DNA from: Archangium sp.
GTDB lineage: Bacteria > Myxococcota > Myxococcia > Myxococcales > Myxococcaceae
DNA length: 64,000 nt
NCBI GenBank assembly: GCA_047600485.1
Contig: JASGKS010000001.1
Span: 6,976,259-7,040,258, forward strand
Direction of reading: 5' to 3'
A model generated the notes under the pieces. It saw only the letters and a list, made by a program, of their open reading frames with translations, was not told the DNA's origin and did no database searches. The translations under genes were made by a program, and so were the position numbers. Below are positions 55,476 to 64,000 of the stretch, one piece after another. Each line of letters begins with the position of its first letter. Positions within the stretch are counted from its first letter, which is position 1.

Positions 55476-55552
55476 GTGTGGAACTCCGTGATGCCGGCCG
55501 GGAAGGGCTTCCAGCTCTACTACAAGCAGACGAAACAGTAGCGTCGCGCCAC

Positions 55553-56185
55553 ATGCTCACTCCTGCGCTCGTCGTGTTGGCGTTGACCGCTCCGCCCACT
55601 CCTGCCCCAACTGCCGCTGCTCAGAAAGAAGACGTGGTCGCGCGCATCGGCAAGGCACTCGACTGCAAGCCGACGACGAAAGACCCGCTGCGACCGTGGT
55701 GCATCACGCAGCTCACGACCGACGCGGGCTTCACCACTCCGAAAGAAGGAACGGTGCTGGTGGGCCTGAGCGTGCCGCTGCCCGCGTCGAAAGACGTTCG
55801 CGAAATTCTGCTCAAGGCGACTCGCGTGAGTGCGCTCGCGTTTCAGGGCGGCAAGGTGAAGTTGACCGACGTGACTCCGGACAACGACGACGAGAAGAGG
55901 CAGCTGCTCGACGTCGCGGTGCAGGTGTCGATGGTGCTCAAGGACCAGGCCGATTCCATCGCGGTGCCGAAGGGGCTCTCGGAATATCTGCCGACGCTTG
56001 CTGCGGGCGCCGCGAAGTCGGGGCAGACCGTGAAGAACTCCGCGAAGGGACCGGCGACGTGCAAGTTCAACGCGCCCGCGCGCTTGTGGACGGTGCAGCG
56101 TGGAGCGCTCACCGCCTACGTCGTCGCGGAGGACACCGACGACGGCGCGTGGATCAACGTGTACCCGGCCGTGCCGTTCAAGTGA
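55553..56185 (+). CDS. Hypothetical exported protein
   Basis: Signal peptide MLTPALVVLALTAPPTPAPTAAA. No motif recognized. Confidence 0.45.
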   Translation: MLTPALVVLALTAPPTPAPTAAAQKEDVVARIGKALDCKPTTKDPLRPWCITQLTTDAGFTTPKEGTVLVGLSVPLPASKDVREILLKATRVSALAFQGGKVKLTDVTPDNDDEKRQLLDVAVQVSMVLKDQADSIAVPKGLSEYLPTLAAGAAKSGQTVKNSAKGPATCKFNAPARLWTVQRGALTAYVVAEDTDDGAWINVYPAVPFK

Positions 56186-56196
56186 CTCGCTTCGAG

Positions 56197-56739
56197 CTAC
56201 AGCTCGACCAGCACGCCGAGTGAGAAGGTGATGTAGCCGGTCACTCCGCTCGCGAACGGGAGCGGCGCGAGCGCGCGGAATTTCGCGTGCACGGGGCCGA
56301 CGATGCGAAACGCGATGCTTGCTCCGAGCCCGAGCGTGAAGGCGCTCACGGTGTCGACCAGCTTGCCGTCGATGCCGAGCTTCTCGTTCACGAAGCGACC
56401 GTCGAGCCACACCTTCGACCAACCGATGAGCAGATGCGGCGAGAGTGTGAAGCGCCACACCTCGAAGCGCGGCCCGAGCGTGCCCAGCACCTGCAGTCGA
56501 TGCGTCGCGCCGAAGGAGTGCGCTCCGCCGAGGTATTGGTCGAACACGTCGTACGGCTCGGCCTGGTAGCCGATGAGGGCGCCAGCCTCTCCAATCCACA
56601 GCTCGCTGAAGCGGTGCGCGTAGCTGCCGCCGACGAAGCCGCCATACGCGGGACGCAGTGAGGCCGAATACGCGCCGCTGCCTTCGACGCTGACCGGCGA
56701 CTGCTGCGCGAGCACGAGCGCGGCGACGATCGCAATCAT
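56197..56739 (-). CDS. Putative outer-membrane beta-barrel protein
   Basis: Signal peptide. Alternating hydrophobic/aromatic beta-strand pattern, Gly/Tyr-rich. ATGA overlap with the upstream esterase gene. Confidence 0.45.
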   Translation of the reverse strand: MIAIVAALVLAQQSPVSVEGSGAYSASLRPAYGGFVGGSYAHRFSELWIGEAGALIGYQAEPYDVFDQYLGGAHSFGATHRLQVLGTLGPRFEVWRFTLSPHLLIGWSKVWLDGRFVNEKLGIDGKLVDTVSAFTLGLGASIAFRIVGPVHAKFRALAPLPFASGVTGYITFSLGVLVEL

Positions 56740-57566
56740 CGAGCGTCCCACCCACGCGAGTGCAGCACGCGCAGCGCTTCCTTGAACGAAGGCTCGATGC
56801 TGTTGATGTGGTCGACGGGAAAATCGAAGTCAGTGACCTCGATTCCGCTACTGAACTTCTTGTCGCGAGCCTGCTGAGCGAACGTGCGCACCGGCACCAC
56901 CATCTCCGGGCCTTCGAGCGTTCCGGCGGTGAGCACGAGCGTGCGTGGAACGTTCCACGACGTCGGCAGGTCGAGCAGCGACTGGTGAATCGCGCCGCCG
57001 GAATAGATGAGTGAAGGGCTGGCGGCGACGATGGCTCCGAAGAGCGGCGCATCGGCCTGCTGCGTCAGCGCGTGCGCACCGAACAAACCGCCGAGCGAAT
57101 GACCGAACAGCGCGCGACCGTCGCGGTCTTTGCGCAGATGAAAATCATCTTCGATGGAAGGAATGAGCTGCGTTCCGAGGAAGTGATGGAAGTCAGCCGC
57201 GCCGCCCGAGCCACCGAACACGTCATCACCGGGAATCGTGTAGTCGCGGTTGCGCCCGCGCGCGTTGCCTTCGCCAGTCGCCGAGTTGATGCCGACGATG
57301 ACGACTTCCTCGAGCTCGCCGCGTGCTTCAGCTTCGCTCGCGAGCCGCGCGGTGGTGTCGAACTCGTTGAGTGACGGCACGCGGCCATCGAGCTGCAGAA
57401 TCCACGGGAAGCGGCGGTCGGGCTCGCTCGCGAACGACGGAGGGAGACGCACCGTGATTCGGAACGTGTCCATCGGCCCTTCGACGTCTCGCTCGCGGAT
57501 TTCACCGGTGATGGGCGGCGCGCACGAAGCGAACACGACCATCAGAGCCAACGCGGAGCGTTTCAC
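56736..57566 (-). CDS. Esterase (alpha/beta hydrolase, 'putative esterase' family)
   Basis: Nucleophile elbow FGHSLGGLFGAHAL (GHSLGG). GTGA start overlapping the stop of the upstream membrane protein gene. The longer tracked ORF (to 57767) would overlap that gene by 200 nt. Confidence 0.7.
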   Translation of the reverse strand: MKRSALALMVVFASCAPPITGEIRERDVEGPMDTFRITVRLPPSFASEPDRRFPWILQLDGRVPSLNEFDTTARLASEAEARGELEEVVIVGINSATGEGNARGRNRDYTIPGDDVFGGSGGAADFHHFLGTQLIPSIEDDFHLRKDRDGRALFGHSLGGLFGAHALTQQADAPLFGAIVAASPSLIYSGGAIHQSLLDLPTSWNVPRTLVLTAGTLEGPEMVVPVRTFAQQARDKKFSSGIEVTDFDFPVDHINSIEPSFKEALRVLHSRGWDAR

Positions 57567-58858
57567 GGAACGGGCGGAGGCGCAGGTGCAGGAGCCGGTG
57601 CAGGAACCGCAGGCGTCGTCGGGTTCGCACTGCCCTCGGGGAACTTGAAGCCGAGGTACGTCGCGTTGCTGATGCCCATGAGCAACAACAGCGACTCGGG
57701 GAATTCCGGCATCGACATCACCGCGGCGACCGATCGAATGAAGACCACTCCGAGCAGCACGGTCCACACCACGACCTGCACGCGGTGAAAGCTCGTGCCG
57801 TTGCCGTCATCGGTGATGTCGCGGAGGAAGTGCGTGCGGTCGAGCAAGTCGTCGATGACGGCGATGCGCTTCTTCTCGGCGTCCGTCGCGTTCGCGCCCT
57901 TCTCGAGCAACGCGCTCAGCTCGAGACGCAGCGCCTTCGCGCCCTTCGCTCCCGCGGGACTGCTGCCGATGAGCAACGAGCCGAGGCCCGTCGCGCCGCT
58001 GATGCCGAGCAGCCCGAGCGTCTGCGGAGGAATGCGCTCCAGCGTGCCGGTGACGATGAGCACCGCGACCACGCACACGAAGACGATGACGCCCCAGAAC
58101 GCCATCTGACTCTTGCCCAGCGAGTAGTACCCGCTGTTCCCGTCACGCAGCCAATCGCTGCGCACCAGCATCACCAGCATCAGCAGCATCGCGACGAACG
58201 CGCCGATGGAGACGATGGTGATGGTGTTCGGATTTCCGACCGAGAGCGTCACCACCTTGTGCTGCGTCGACACGACCTGCGCCACGCCGTTGGCGATCGA
58301 CAAATAGACCGGCACTTCCATCTGGTAGCTCTGGTGTTTGGTGAGCAGCGCGTCCCACGCCTTGCGGTTCAGGTCGTCGCTCGAGTCGCGGTTCAGCTGA
58401 AACGTGAGCAGCACGTCGCCGACCGTCGCGGGGTTGATGCGCCCGTCGGGAAATTGAATCGGCGCGGCTTCGGTGAGGCCGTAGGTGAGGTTCGAGAGCG
58501 GCACTCCGTCGAGCACCAGCGTCACCAACTTGCCCGGTTGCACGGTGGTGAATTGCGTACGCAACGCAGTCGCCGCCGCACCCGACGCGCGAATCACCAG
58601 CGAGTCGTGCAGGCGGTAGATGTACTGCGGCGCGTCGCTCTGGCTCTTGTCGGGCACGAGCTCGAGCACCGCGGGCACGGCGTCGGCTGCCTGATTCTTG
58701 ATGGGCACCATCGGCGTGCCGGGCGCGCCGGGAGTCACGACCGGGGCTGGCGCGACGGTTGGAGCCGCGTCACTTCCCGCGTCTTGAGCACGCACGACGT
58801 ACGCCGTGACCGTCGACAGCATGGCCGCGACCGAAATCCACCGCATGGGGGAGCGCAT
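57563..58858 (-). CDS. Exported/membrane protein with central TM cluster, unknown function
   Basis: Signal peptide, about 4 TM helices. PAPAPAPAPPP C-terminal tail. Confidence 0.5.
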   Translation of the reverse strand: MRSPMRWISVAAMLSTVTAYVVRAQDAGSDAAPTVAPAPVVTPGAPGTPMVPIKNQAADAVPAVLELVPDKSQSDAPQYIYRLHDSLVIRASGAAATALRTQFTTVQPGKLVTLVLDGVPLSNLTYGLTEAAPIQFPDGRINPATVGDVLLTFQLNRDSSDDLNRKAWDALLTKHQSYQMEVPVYLSIANGVAQVVSTQHKVVTLSVGNPNTITIVSIGAFVAMLLMLVMLVRSDWLRDGNSGYYSLGKSQMAFWGVIVFVCVVAVLIVTGTLERIPPQTLGLLGISGATGLGSLLIGSSPAGAKGAKALRLELSALLEKGANATDAEKKRIAVIDDLLDRTHFLRDITDDGNGTSFHRVQVVVWTVLLGVVFIRSVAAVMSMPEFPESLLLLMGISNATYLGFKFPEGSANPTTPAVPAPAPAPAPPPVP

Positions 58859-58906
58859 TCAGTTGATCAGCGTGCCATGCCCAGCCGACACGGCGAGTTT
58901 TGCGGC

Positions 58907-59790
58907 TCACTTCGCCTGCGCGCGCAACTTGCTGCAGACGTCGCCGTACAACACCGGAATCAACTTCGCCGCCGAGCCGTACGCGTTGCCCACCGCGCTG
59001 CCGTTCACGTCGCTGCGAAAGCTGTCGATGTTCTCGAGACTGGCGGTGACGGTGACGCTCTTCTGGCGATGCTCGACGGTGAGCGTGAGGCGTTTGGGAA
59101 TTCTCGCCTTCACCTGGCTCGAGCCGCTCTGCACGTATTCGTTCCACACCATGTCGGCGTTGACGCCGATGACGTCGCTCGCCGCGGCGATGACTTCGGC
59201 AGCGGGCCGGCCGCGACGCGACACCACGTCATCTTTCACACCGAGGGCGTCGCGCACGCAGCGGTCGAGGTCGGAGTCTTCGAAGCCCGTCGTGAAATAC
59301 AGCGTCTTGCCCTTCACCTTTTCGGCTTCGGCCTTCGCACTCTCCGCAGCCGCAGCGTTGGCGACGGCTCCGCATTCGAGCTGCAGCTCAGCCCATTTTC
59401 CAGGCAAAGAAGGATCGGCCTCGAGCAGCGCGGTGAAGAGCTTGTCCATCAGCGCGGTCTTCTTCTTCACCCACTCCGGCTCGGCGTTCTTCGGGTTCTT
59501 CGCCGCGGAGAGCTCGCTCGCGCGAATGCGGTCCCACTTGTTCGCAATCAACTTCGCCGCCTCAGCGCGGAACTGTTTGCGCGCGGCGCTGGCTTTGAGG
59601 CCCTTCACCGAGCTGCGCGTGAACTCGAGGCTCGAGTCTTCGACGAAGAACGCGTCGGCGAAGCTCGGCAGAAAACCCTCGTCGGCGTACTTCACGAGGT
59701 AGGCGAGTTGCTCGTCGTAGCGCTTGTCATCTTTCGACGTGCAACCGCTGATCAGCACCACGGCCACCGCGACGAGCGCTCGTCTCACGC
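58907..59790 (-). CDS. Lipoprotein, unknown function
   Basis: Lipobox VVLISGC after a GTG start at about 59790. Lys/Ala-rich helical protein. Confidence 0.5.
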
Positions 59791-60702
59791 TGCGCGTTCT
59801 ACACCTGCCGCAGCCAGTTGCTTCACGCCGCGCGCATTCCACACGCCCTCGGCGATGAACACCGCGAGGCTCGACCAGATGAGAATGAAGCCCAGCCAAC
59901 GCCCGCTCGACATCGCTTCGTGGAACACCAGCACGCCACACAGGAACTGCAGCGACGGAGCGAAGTACTGCAGCAATCCGAGCGTGGAGAGGGGAATGCG
60001 GTTGGCGGCGGCTCCGAAGGCGATGAGCGGCAACGCGGTCATCACGCCCGCACCTGCGAGCAGCAAATTGGTCTTCGCGCTCGCGTGACCGAACGAACCT
60101 TCACCGTGCGCCTCGAGCCACAGCAGGTACCCGAGCGCGAGCGGGAAGAGCACGGCCGTTTCCCACGAGAGTGATTCCACCGCGCCGACGGCCGCGCGTT
60201 TCTTCACGAGGCCATAGAGCCCGAACGACGGAGCGAGACCCAGCGCGATCCACGGCGGGTGTCCCGCGTCGATGGCGAGCACGAGGACGCCGAGCAGCGC
60301 ACCACCGAGCACCAACCACTGCGCGCGACGCAGCTTCTCTTTGAGCACCAGCACGCCGAGCAGCACGCTCACCAACGGGTTGATGAAGTAGCCGAGCGAC
60401 GTCTCGACCACGTGCCCGTTGTTCACCGCCCAGATGTAGAGGAGCCAGTTGAACGAGACGAGAAACGCCGCGAGCGTGAGCAGCCACAACTTCTTCGCAG
60501 GCGTCTCGCGCACCCAGCGCAGACGACGCACGCCGACGAGCAGCAGCAGCACCACGCCGAGCGACCACACCACGCGGTGCGAGAGAATCTCGAGTGAGCC
60601 GAGCGGCTTGAGCAGCGGCCAGTAGAGCGGGAAGAGCCCCCACATCAGGTACGCGGCTGCGCCGAGGAAGAGGCCTTGTCTGCTGCTGGAGACGTTGCTC
60701 AC
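59785..60702 (-). CDS. rarD: RarD-like EamA/DMT family transporter
   Basis: 10-TM EamA-like architecture. N-terminal GLFLGAAAYLMWGLFPLYW is characteristic of RarD. Confidence 0.85.
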   Translation of the reverse strand: MSNVSSSRQGLFLGAAAYLMWGLFPLYWPLLKPLGSLEILSHRVVWSLGVVLLLLVGVRRLRWVRETPAKKLWLLTLAAFLVSFNWLLYIWAVNNGHVVETSLGYFINPLVSVLLGVLVLKEKLRRAQWLVLGGALLGVLVLAIDAGHPPWIALGLAPSFGLYGLVKKRAAVGAVESLSWETAVLFPLALGYLLWLEAHGEGSFGHASAKTNLLLAGAGVMTALPLIAFGAAANRIPLSTLGLLQYFAPSLQFLCGVLVFHEAMSSGRWLGFILIWSSLAVFIAEGVWNARGVKQLAAAGVERAA

Positions 60703-60753
60703 GACGCGGACTCAGATACACCCGAGCCCTTCGCCTCGCTGCACTTCCGGGGA

Positions 60754-61137
60754 ATGACCGTCATGCCTGCGATGAAGAAGTTCGAATCTGTACCGGCGTA
60801 TCTGAAGGCACAGACGCCAACCGCGCGGAAGATGCTGAGCGCGGTGCGCGCGTTGATCAAGAAGGCCGCGCCCGACGCCGAGGAAGTCATCAGCTACGGC
60901 ATCCCCGGGTACAAAATGAACGGTCGCACCGGCGTCTTCTTCTCGGGCTGGGCCGAACACTTCTCGCTCTACCCGGTGACGAGCGGAGTGCGCGCCACGC
61001 TCGCGAAGGAAATCGCGCCGTACGTCTCGGGCAAGGGCACGCTGAAGTTCAGCTACGACGCGAAGTTGCCGAGCGCGCTCATCACGAAGTTCGTGAAGGT
61101 GCGACGCGCCGAAGCGCACGCGTTGAAGAAGCGATGA
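60754..61137 (+). CDS. DUF1801 (YdhG-like) domain protein
   Basis: Conserved ...EEVISYGIPGYKMNGR.GVFFSGWAEHFSLYP... pattern of DUF1801. Confidence 0.6.
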   Translation: MTVMPAMKKFESVPAYLKAQTPTARKMLSAVRALIKKAAPDAEEVISYGIPGYKMNGRTGVFFSGWAEHFSLYPVTSGVRATLAKEIAPYVSGKGTLKFSYDAKLPSALITKFVKVRRAEAHALKKR

Positions 61138-61739
61138 CCGGGCCGCGGCGGCTGATCATCGTGGTGGGACTGGTGCTCGCCGCGACGGCGATGTGTCTGT
61201 TCTGGCCGCGCAATCAGCCCGTGCGCGTTGAGGTCGAGGGTCGCGTCGTCGAGCACTGGTGGGAACGACGCGTCGACATCGAGCGCTTCGACGACTGGTG
61301 GGGCGACGGAAAATGTTCGACGGTACCTCGCGGTGCGCGCGTCATTTCCCGGGCGAACTTGAAGACCGGAACGCAGCGGCAGGGCAACCGGTACGTCGAC
61401 GTCTACGAAGAGATGTGTACGTGGAAGCTGTTGTCGTGGAGGTCGGCGCGCGAGGTCACCACGCAGGAAAAGAGCGCAGCGCCGAGCTGGCCGCAGCCGA
61501 CGCTCGCGTCGTGCGACGGCGGAGAAGAAACCGGCTGCGAACGTGAAGGCCGGCGCGATGAGACGTTGAGCCTCGTGGTGCAGACCGAAGACGGAGGCGT
61601 CACGCGGTGCTCGATCGACGCGGTCCGGTGGAACTCGACGCGCGAAGGCGCACGCGTCTCGATTCCAGTCATCATCTATGCGTCGGGCTCGCAATCGCAC
61701 GACTGCAGCCAGCTCGTCGTGCTCGACGCCGGTCGTTGA
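61134..61739 (+). CDS. Hypothetical membrane-anchored protein
   Basis: N-terminal TM helix RRLIIVVGLVLAATAMCLF. 4-nt overlap with the upstream gene. Confidence 0.4.
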   Translation: MTGPRRLIIVVGLVLAATAMCLFWPRNQPVRVEVEGRVVEHWWERRVDIERFDDWWGDGKCSTVPRGARVISRANLKTGTQRQGNRYVDVYEEMCTWKLLSWRSAREVTTQEKSAAPSWPQPTLASCDGGEETGCEREGRRDETLSLVVQTEDGGVTRCSIDAVRWNSTREGARVSIPVIIYASGSQSHDCSQLVVLDAGR

Positions 61740-63110
61740 TCAGGCGTGCTGCGGTGCCAGACCCAACTTCTGCCGCAGCTGCTGCCCACCAATCGCCATC
61801 GTCTTCTTGAAGAGATGCCAGCCCGGTGAGCCGCCGACCGTCTTCTGAATGAACGCGTGCGACGCGGCCTTGTCGACGAACGCCGGAGTGAGCGAGTTCG
61901 GGTCGACGAAATTTTCTCCGATGGCGCGCGCGATGACGTCTTCGGGCGTGGTGCCCATGCCGTCGCTCCCGTACGCCGAGGTGATGAGGTCCTGGCCCGC
62001 CTTGCTCAGCGGCTGCGTGAGCAGGTCGCTGAAGAAATACGTCGTCTTCCCGGAGTCGGCCCAGAAGGTCTCGAAGGCGCTCTTCATCCACTCCGCGTCG
62101 AAGGGAGCGTCGCCGCGCGCGTCGATGGAAGCTGCGTACGAGCGCACCATGCGAGCTCCGTTGTTCGCGCCCTGCCCTGCGCACGGGTCCATCGAGACGG
62201 CGGTGTCTCCGAGCGCGAGCACGCTGCGTCCCGAGGGCAACGTCGCCACCGGCCCGCGCACGCTGGGCAGCACTTCGCCGACCAGCCAGCCGTGTTCATC
62301 GGCGAGCGTCGCGTCTTTGAACCAGTCCCATTCCCACGGCATGCGCTCGCGAATGAGCTCTTTGATTTTCTCGACGACCGCGTGACCGTCTTTGCAGTCG
62401 CTGAAGCGGTCCCAGCTGCGGCCGGGAATCGCCTCGATGAGCGGAGCCCACATCGCCTCGCCGCTCTTGTGCAGCACCGGGTTCCAGAACGTCTCGCCCT
62501 CTTCAGGGCTGATGTTGAACTTCACCGGCGTGAACGGCACTCCGGGAATCTTCTTCGGGCCTTTGACGATGGCGACCGCGAGCTTGCGCGGAGGCGAGTG
62601 ACGCAACGAGCGCGCTTCGTCACGCGCGAACAACGAGCACAGCGGGCCGCGACCGACGCCGACGAAGGTGAGGTCGTGCTCGGCGGTAATCTTGTCGAGC
62701 CCCGCGACGTCGACGGTCTGCACCACCACACGACCACCGCGCTCGGTGAGGTCGTCCATCCATCGGGGAATCTGCAGGCGCATGTCGACCGCCATCGCCT
62801 TGCCCGTCACCGGAGCGACCGCCGTCAACACGCGATTCTTCGCGTTGAGGCTCAGCGTGAGGTGCACGCCGCCGACCATCTGACCGACGTCGCCCCAGTG
62901 CGAGAGACCGAGCTCGTCTTCGAGCGCGAGCGTGCCGCGGAAGCGGCCGGCGACTCCGGTGGGCTTCGATTCGTGCAGCCACTGATGCGTGGTGCGTTCC
63001 GAATAGAGCGTGACCTCGTGCCCGCGCTTCTTCAGCGCGTGCGCCATGTAGAGCCCGATGAGACCGGACCCCACCACTGCAAACCGTTTCGCCATCTTCC
63101 CCCCGGACAA
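61740..63110 (-). CDS. FAD/NAD(P)-binding oxidoreductase (StyA-like putative monooxygenase)
   Basis: N-terminal Rossmann FAVVGSGLIGLYMAHALKKRGHEVTLYSE. Protein of about 450 aa. Confidence 0.6.
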   Translation of the reverse strand: MSGGKMAKRFAVVGSGLIGLYMAHALKKRGHEVTLYSERTTHQWLHESKPTGVAGRFRGTLALEDELGLSHWGDVGQMVGGVHLTLSLNAKNRVLTAVAPVTGKAMAVDMRLQIPRWMDDLTERGGRVVVQTVDVAGLDKITAEHDLTFVGVGRGPLCSLFARDEARSLRHSPPRKLAVAIVKGPKKIPGVPFTPVKFNISPEEGETFWNPVLHKSGEAMWAPLIEAIPGRSWDRFSDCKDGHAVVEKIKELIRERMPWEWDWFKDATLADEHGWLVGEVLPSVRGPVATLPSGRSVLALGDTAVSMDPCAGQGANNGARMVRSYAASIDARGDAPFDAEWMKSAFETFWADSGKTTYFFSDLLTQPLSKAGQDLITSAYGSDGMGTTPEDVIARAIGENFVDPNSLTPAFVDKAASHAFIQKTVGGSPGWHLFKKTMAIGGQQLRQKLGLAPQHA

Positions 63111-63114
63111 CGAC

Positions 63115-64000
63115 TCAGAGCTGATTGACCCAGACCCCAGCAGGCTCGGTGACGGCGAACAACTTCTTCCCGTGCACGGCGAACTGAATCACGCGCGGCA
63201 GTCCGGTGAAGCCTTCGTTGAACGCGGTCCACGACGCGCCCTTGTCGGCGGTGACGAACACGCCGGCGCCGGTGACCGACGCGTAGATTTTCCCGTCGTT
63301 GACGAACAGCGAGCTGACGCCCTTGTTGGGAGGCAGTCCCTGGCTCACGGCGGTGAAGACCACTCCGTCGCCCGAGCTGTAGACGCCGGAGTTCGCGGTG
63401 GCGATGTAGAGAATTCCCTCGAGCGTCTCGAGCCACAGCGTGTTGCTCATGCCGGGCTTGGTCGGAGAGGTCTGCCACGTCACGCCTTCGTCGGTGCTGC
63501 GGCCGATGGTCTCTCCGGCTGAAGCGAAGATGGTCTGACCGACGCGCTCGAACGAGTTCACGCCGGTGTTCATGCCGAGGCCGGTGGCCGACGCGCTCCA
63601 CGTCATGCCTTTGTTGGTGGTGCGAAACACGCCACCCATCGGGCCGCTGCTGGCGTTCATGCCCGCGAGCGTCGTCGTGCCGGTGGTGAAGAACGTGTAC
63701 ACGCTGACGGTGTTGGGCATGCCCGTGTTGGCCGCGCGCCAGGTGACGCCGTGGTCGGTGCTGCTGAAGGTCGCTTCTCCGCCGGCGAGCAGCGTGGTGC
63801 CGGAGAACGCCATGAACTCGGTCTGAATCGGAGCGCCGCCGTCGAGCGAGAGCTTCAGGTCAGACGCGGCCCACGTCGCGCCGTCGTCGGTGGTCTTCGC
63901 GATGCCCTGGCTGTGCCCGACGAAGATGGAGTCGCCGTCGACCAGAATGCAGATCGGCGAGGCGTCGTTGGGCAGCGCGGCGACCTTGGTCCACTTCGTC
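63115..64000 (-). CDS. BNR/Asp-box repeat protein (Ycf48-like beta-propeller); 5' end outside window
   Basis: Repeated S/T-x-D-x-G-x-T-W motifs (STDHGVTW, TTNKGMTW, STDEGVTW, TADKGASW). Reading upstream of 63813 on the minus strand stays open to the window edge (..TTDDGATW..). Confidence 0.6.
   Translation of the reverse strand, partial: TKWTKVAALPNDASPICILVDGDSIFVGHSQGIAKTTDDGATWAASDLKLSLDGGAPIQTEFMAFSGTTLLAGGEATFSSTDHGVTWRAANTGMPNTVSVYTFFTTGTTTLAGMNASSGPMGGVFRTTNKGMTWSASATGLGMNTGVNSFERVGQTIFASAGETIGRSTDEGVTWQTSPTKPGMSNTLWLETLEGILYIATANSGVYSSGDGVVFTAVSQGLPPNKGVSSLFVNDGKIYASVTGAGVFVTADKGASWTAFNEGFTGLPRVIQFAVHGKKLFAVTEPAGVWVNQL

Noticed and set aside
1-64000. Search for tRNA/rRNA genes, CRISPR arrays, integrases or transposases
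   Set aside because: No intergenic region is long enough or shows cloverleaf-like or direct-repeat/spacer structure. No ORF has recombinase or transposase motifs. The window appears to lack mobile elements and RNA genes, though a covariance-model scan (tRNAscan/Infernal) would be needed to be sure.

Overview
High-GC (~70%) bacterial chromosome segment with a dense, largely non-overlapping gene set on both strands. Several markers point to a myxobacterium (Myxococcota): three Ser/Thr kinases (two with C-terminal PEGA domains), a protein with Myxococcus cysteine-rich repeats and a MYXO-CTERM-like sorting tail, many lipoproteins, and recurrent Gly-rich 'ATGGG' linkers in secreted proteins. I did not see any rRNA, tRNA, CRISPR array, transposase or integrase.

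The housekeeping and regulatory genes are: a hybrid sensor kinase, TetR, LysR, an ECF sigma factor, an SDR, an MDR dehydrogenase, an M20 peptidase, YjbQ, RarD and a TauE/SafE exporter.

Two biosynthetic loci stand out:
- An ATP-grasp ligase sits divergently from a 178-aa precursor carrying eight tandem TTxxxGEE core repeats. This looks like a plesiocin-type graspetide (omega-ester RiPP) locus with an unusually high repeat number.
- A type III PKS + ICMT-family methyltransferase + GNAT + FAD-dependent oxidoreductase operon resembles the srs/ftp-type alkylresorcinol/alkylquinone phenolic-lipid pathway.

Other notable features:
- A kinase-associated cassette (membrane-anchored periplasmic protein + Cys-rich beta-propeller lipoprotein) present in two copies.
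- A roughly 40-bp palindromic dispersed repeat present in three copies.
- A rhomboid-like protein that appears to lack both catalytic residues, fused to a TPR domain.
- A LysM protein with near-identical 81-bp in-frame tandem repeats.

Many long antisense ORFs in the six-frame track are GC-driven artefacts and were not called.
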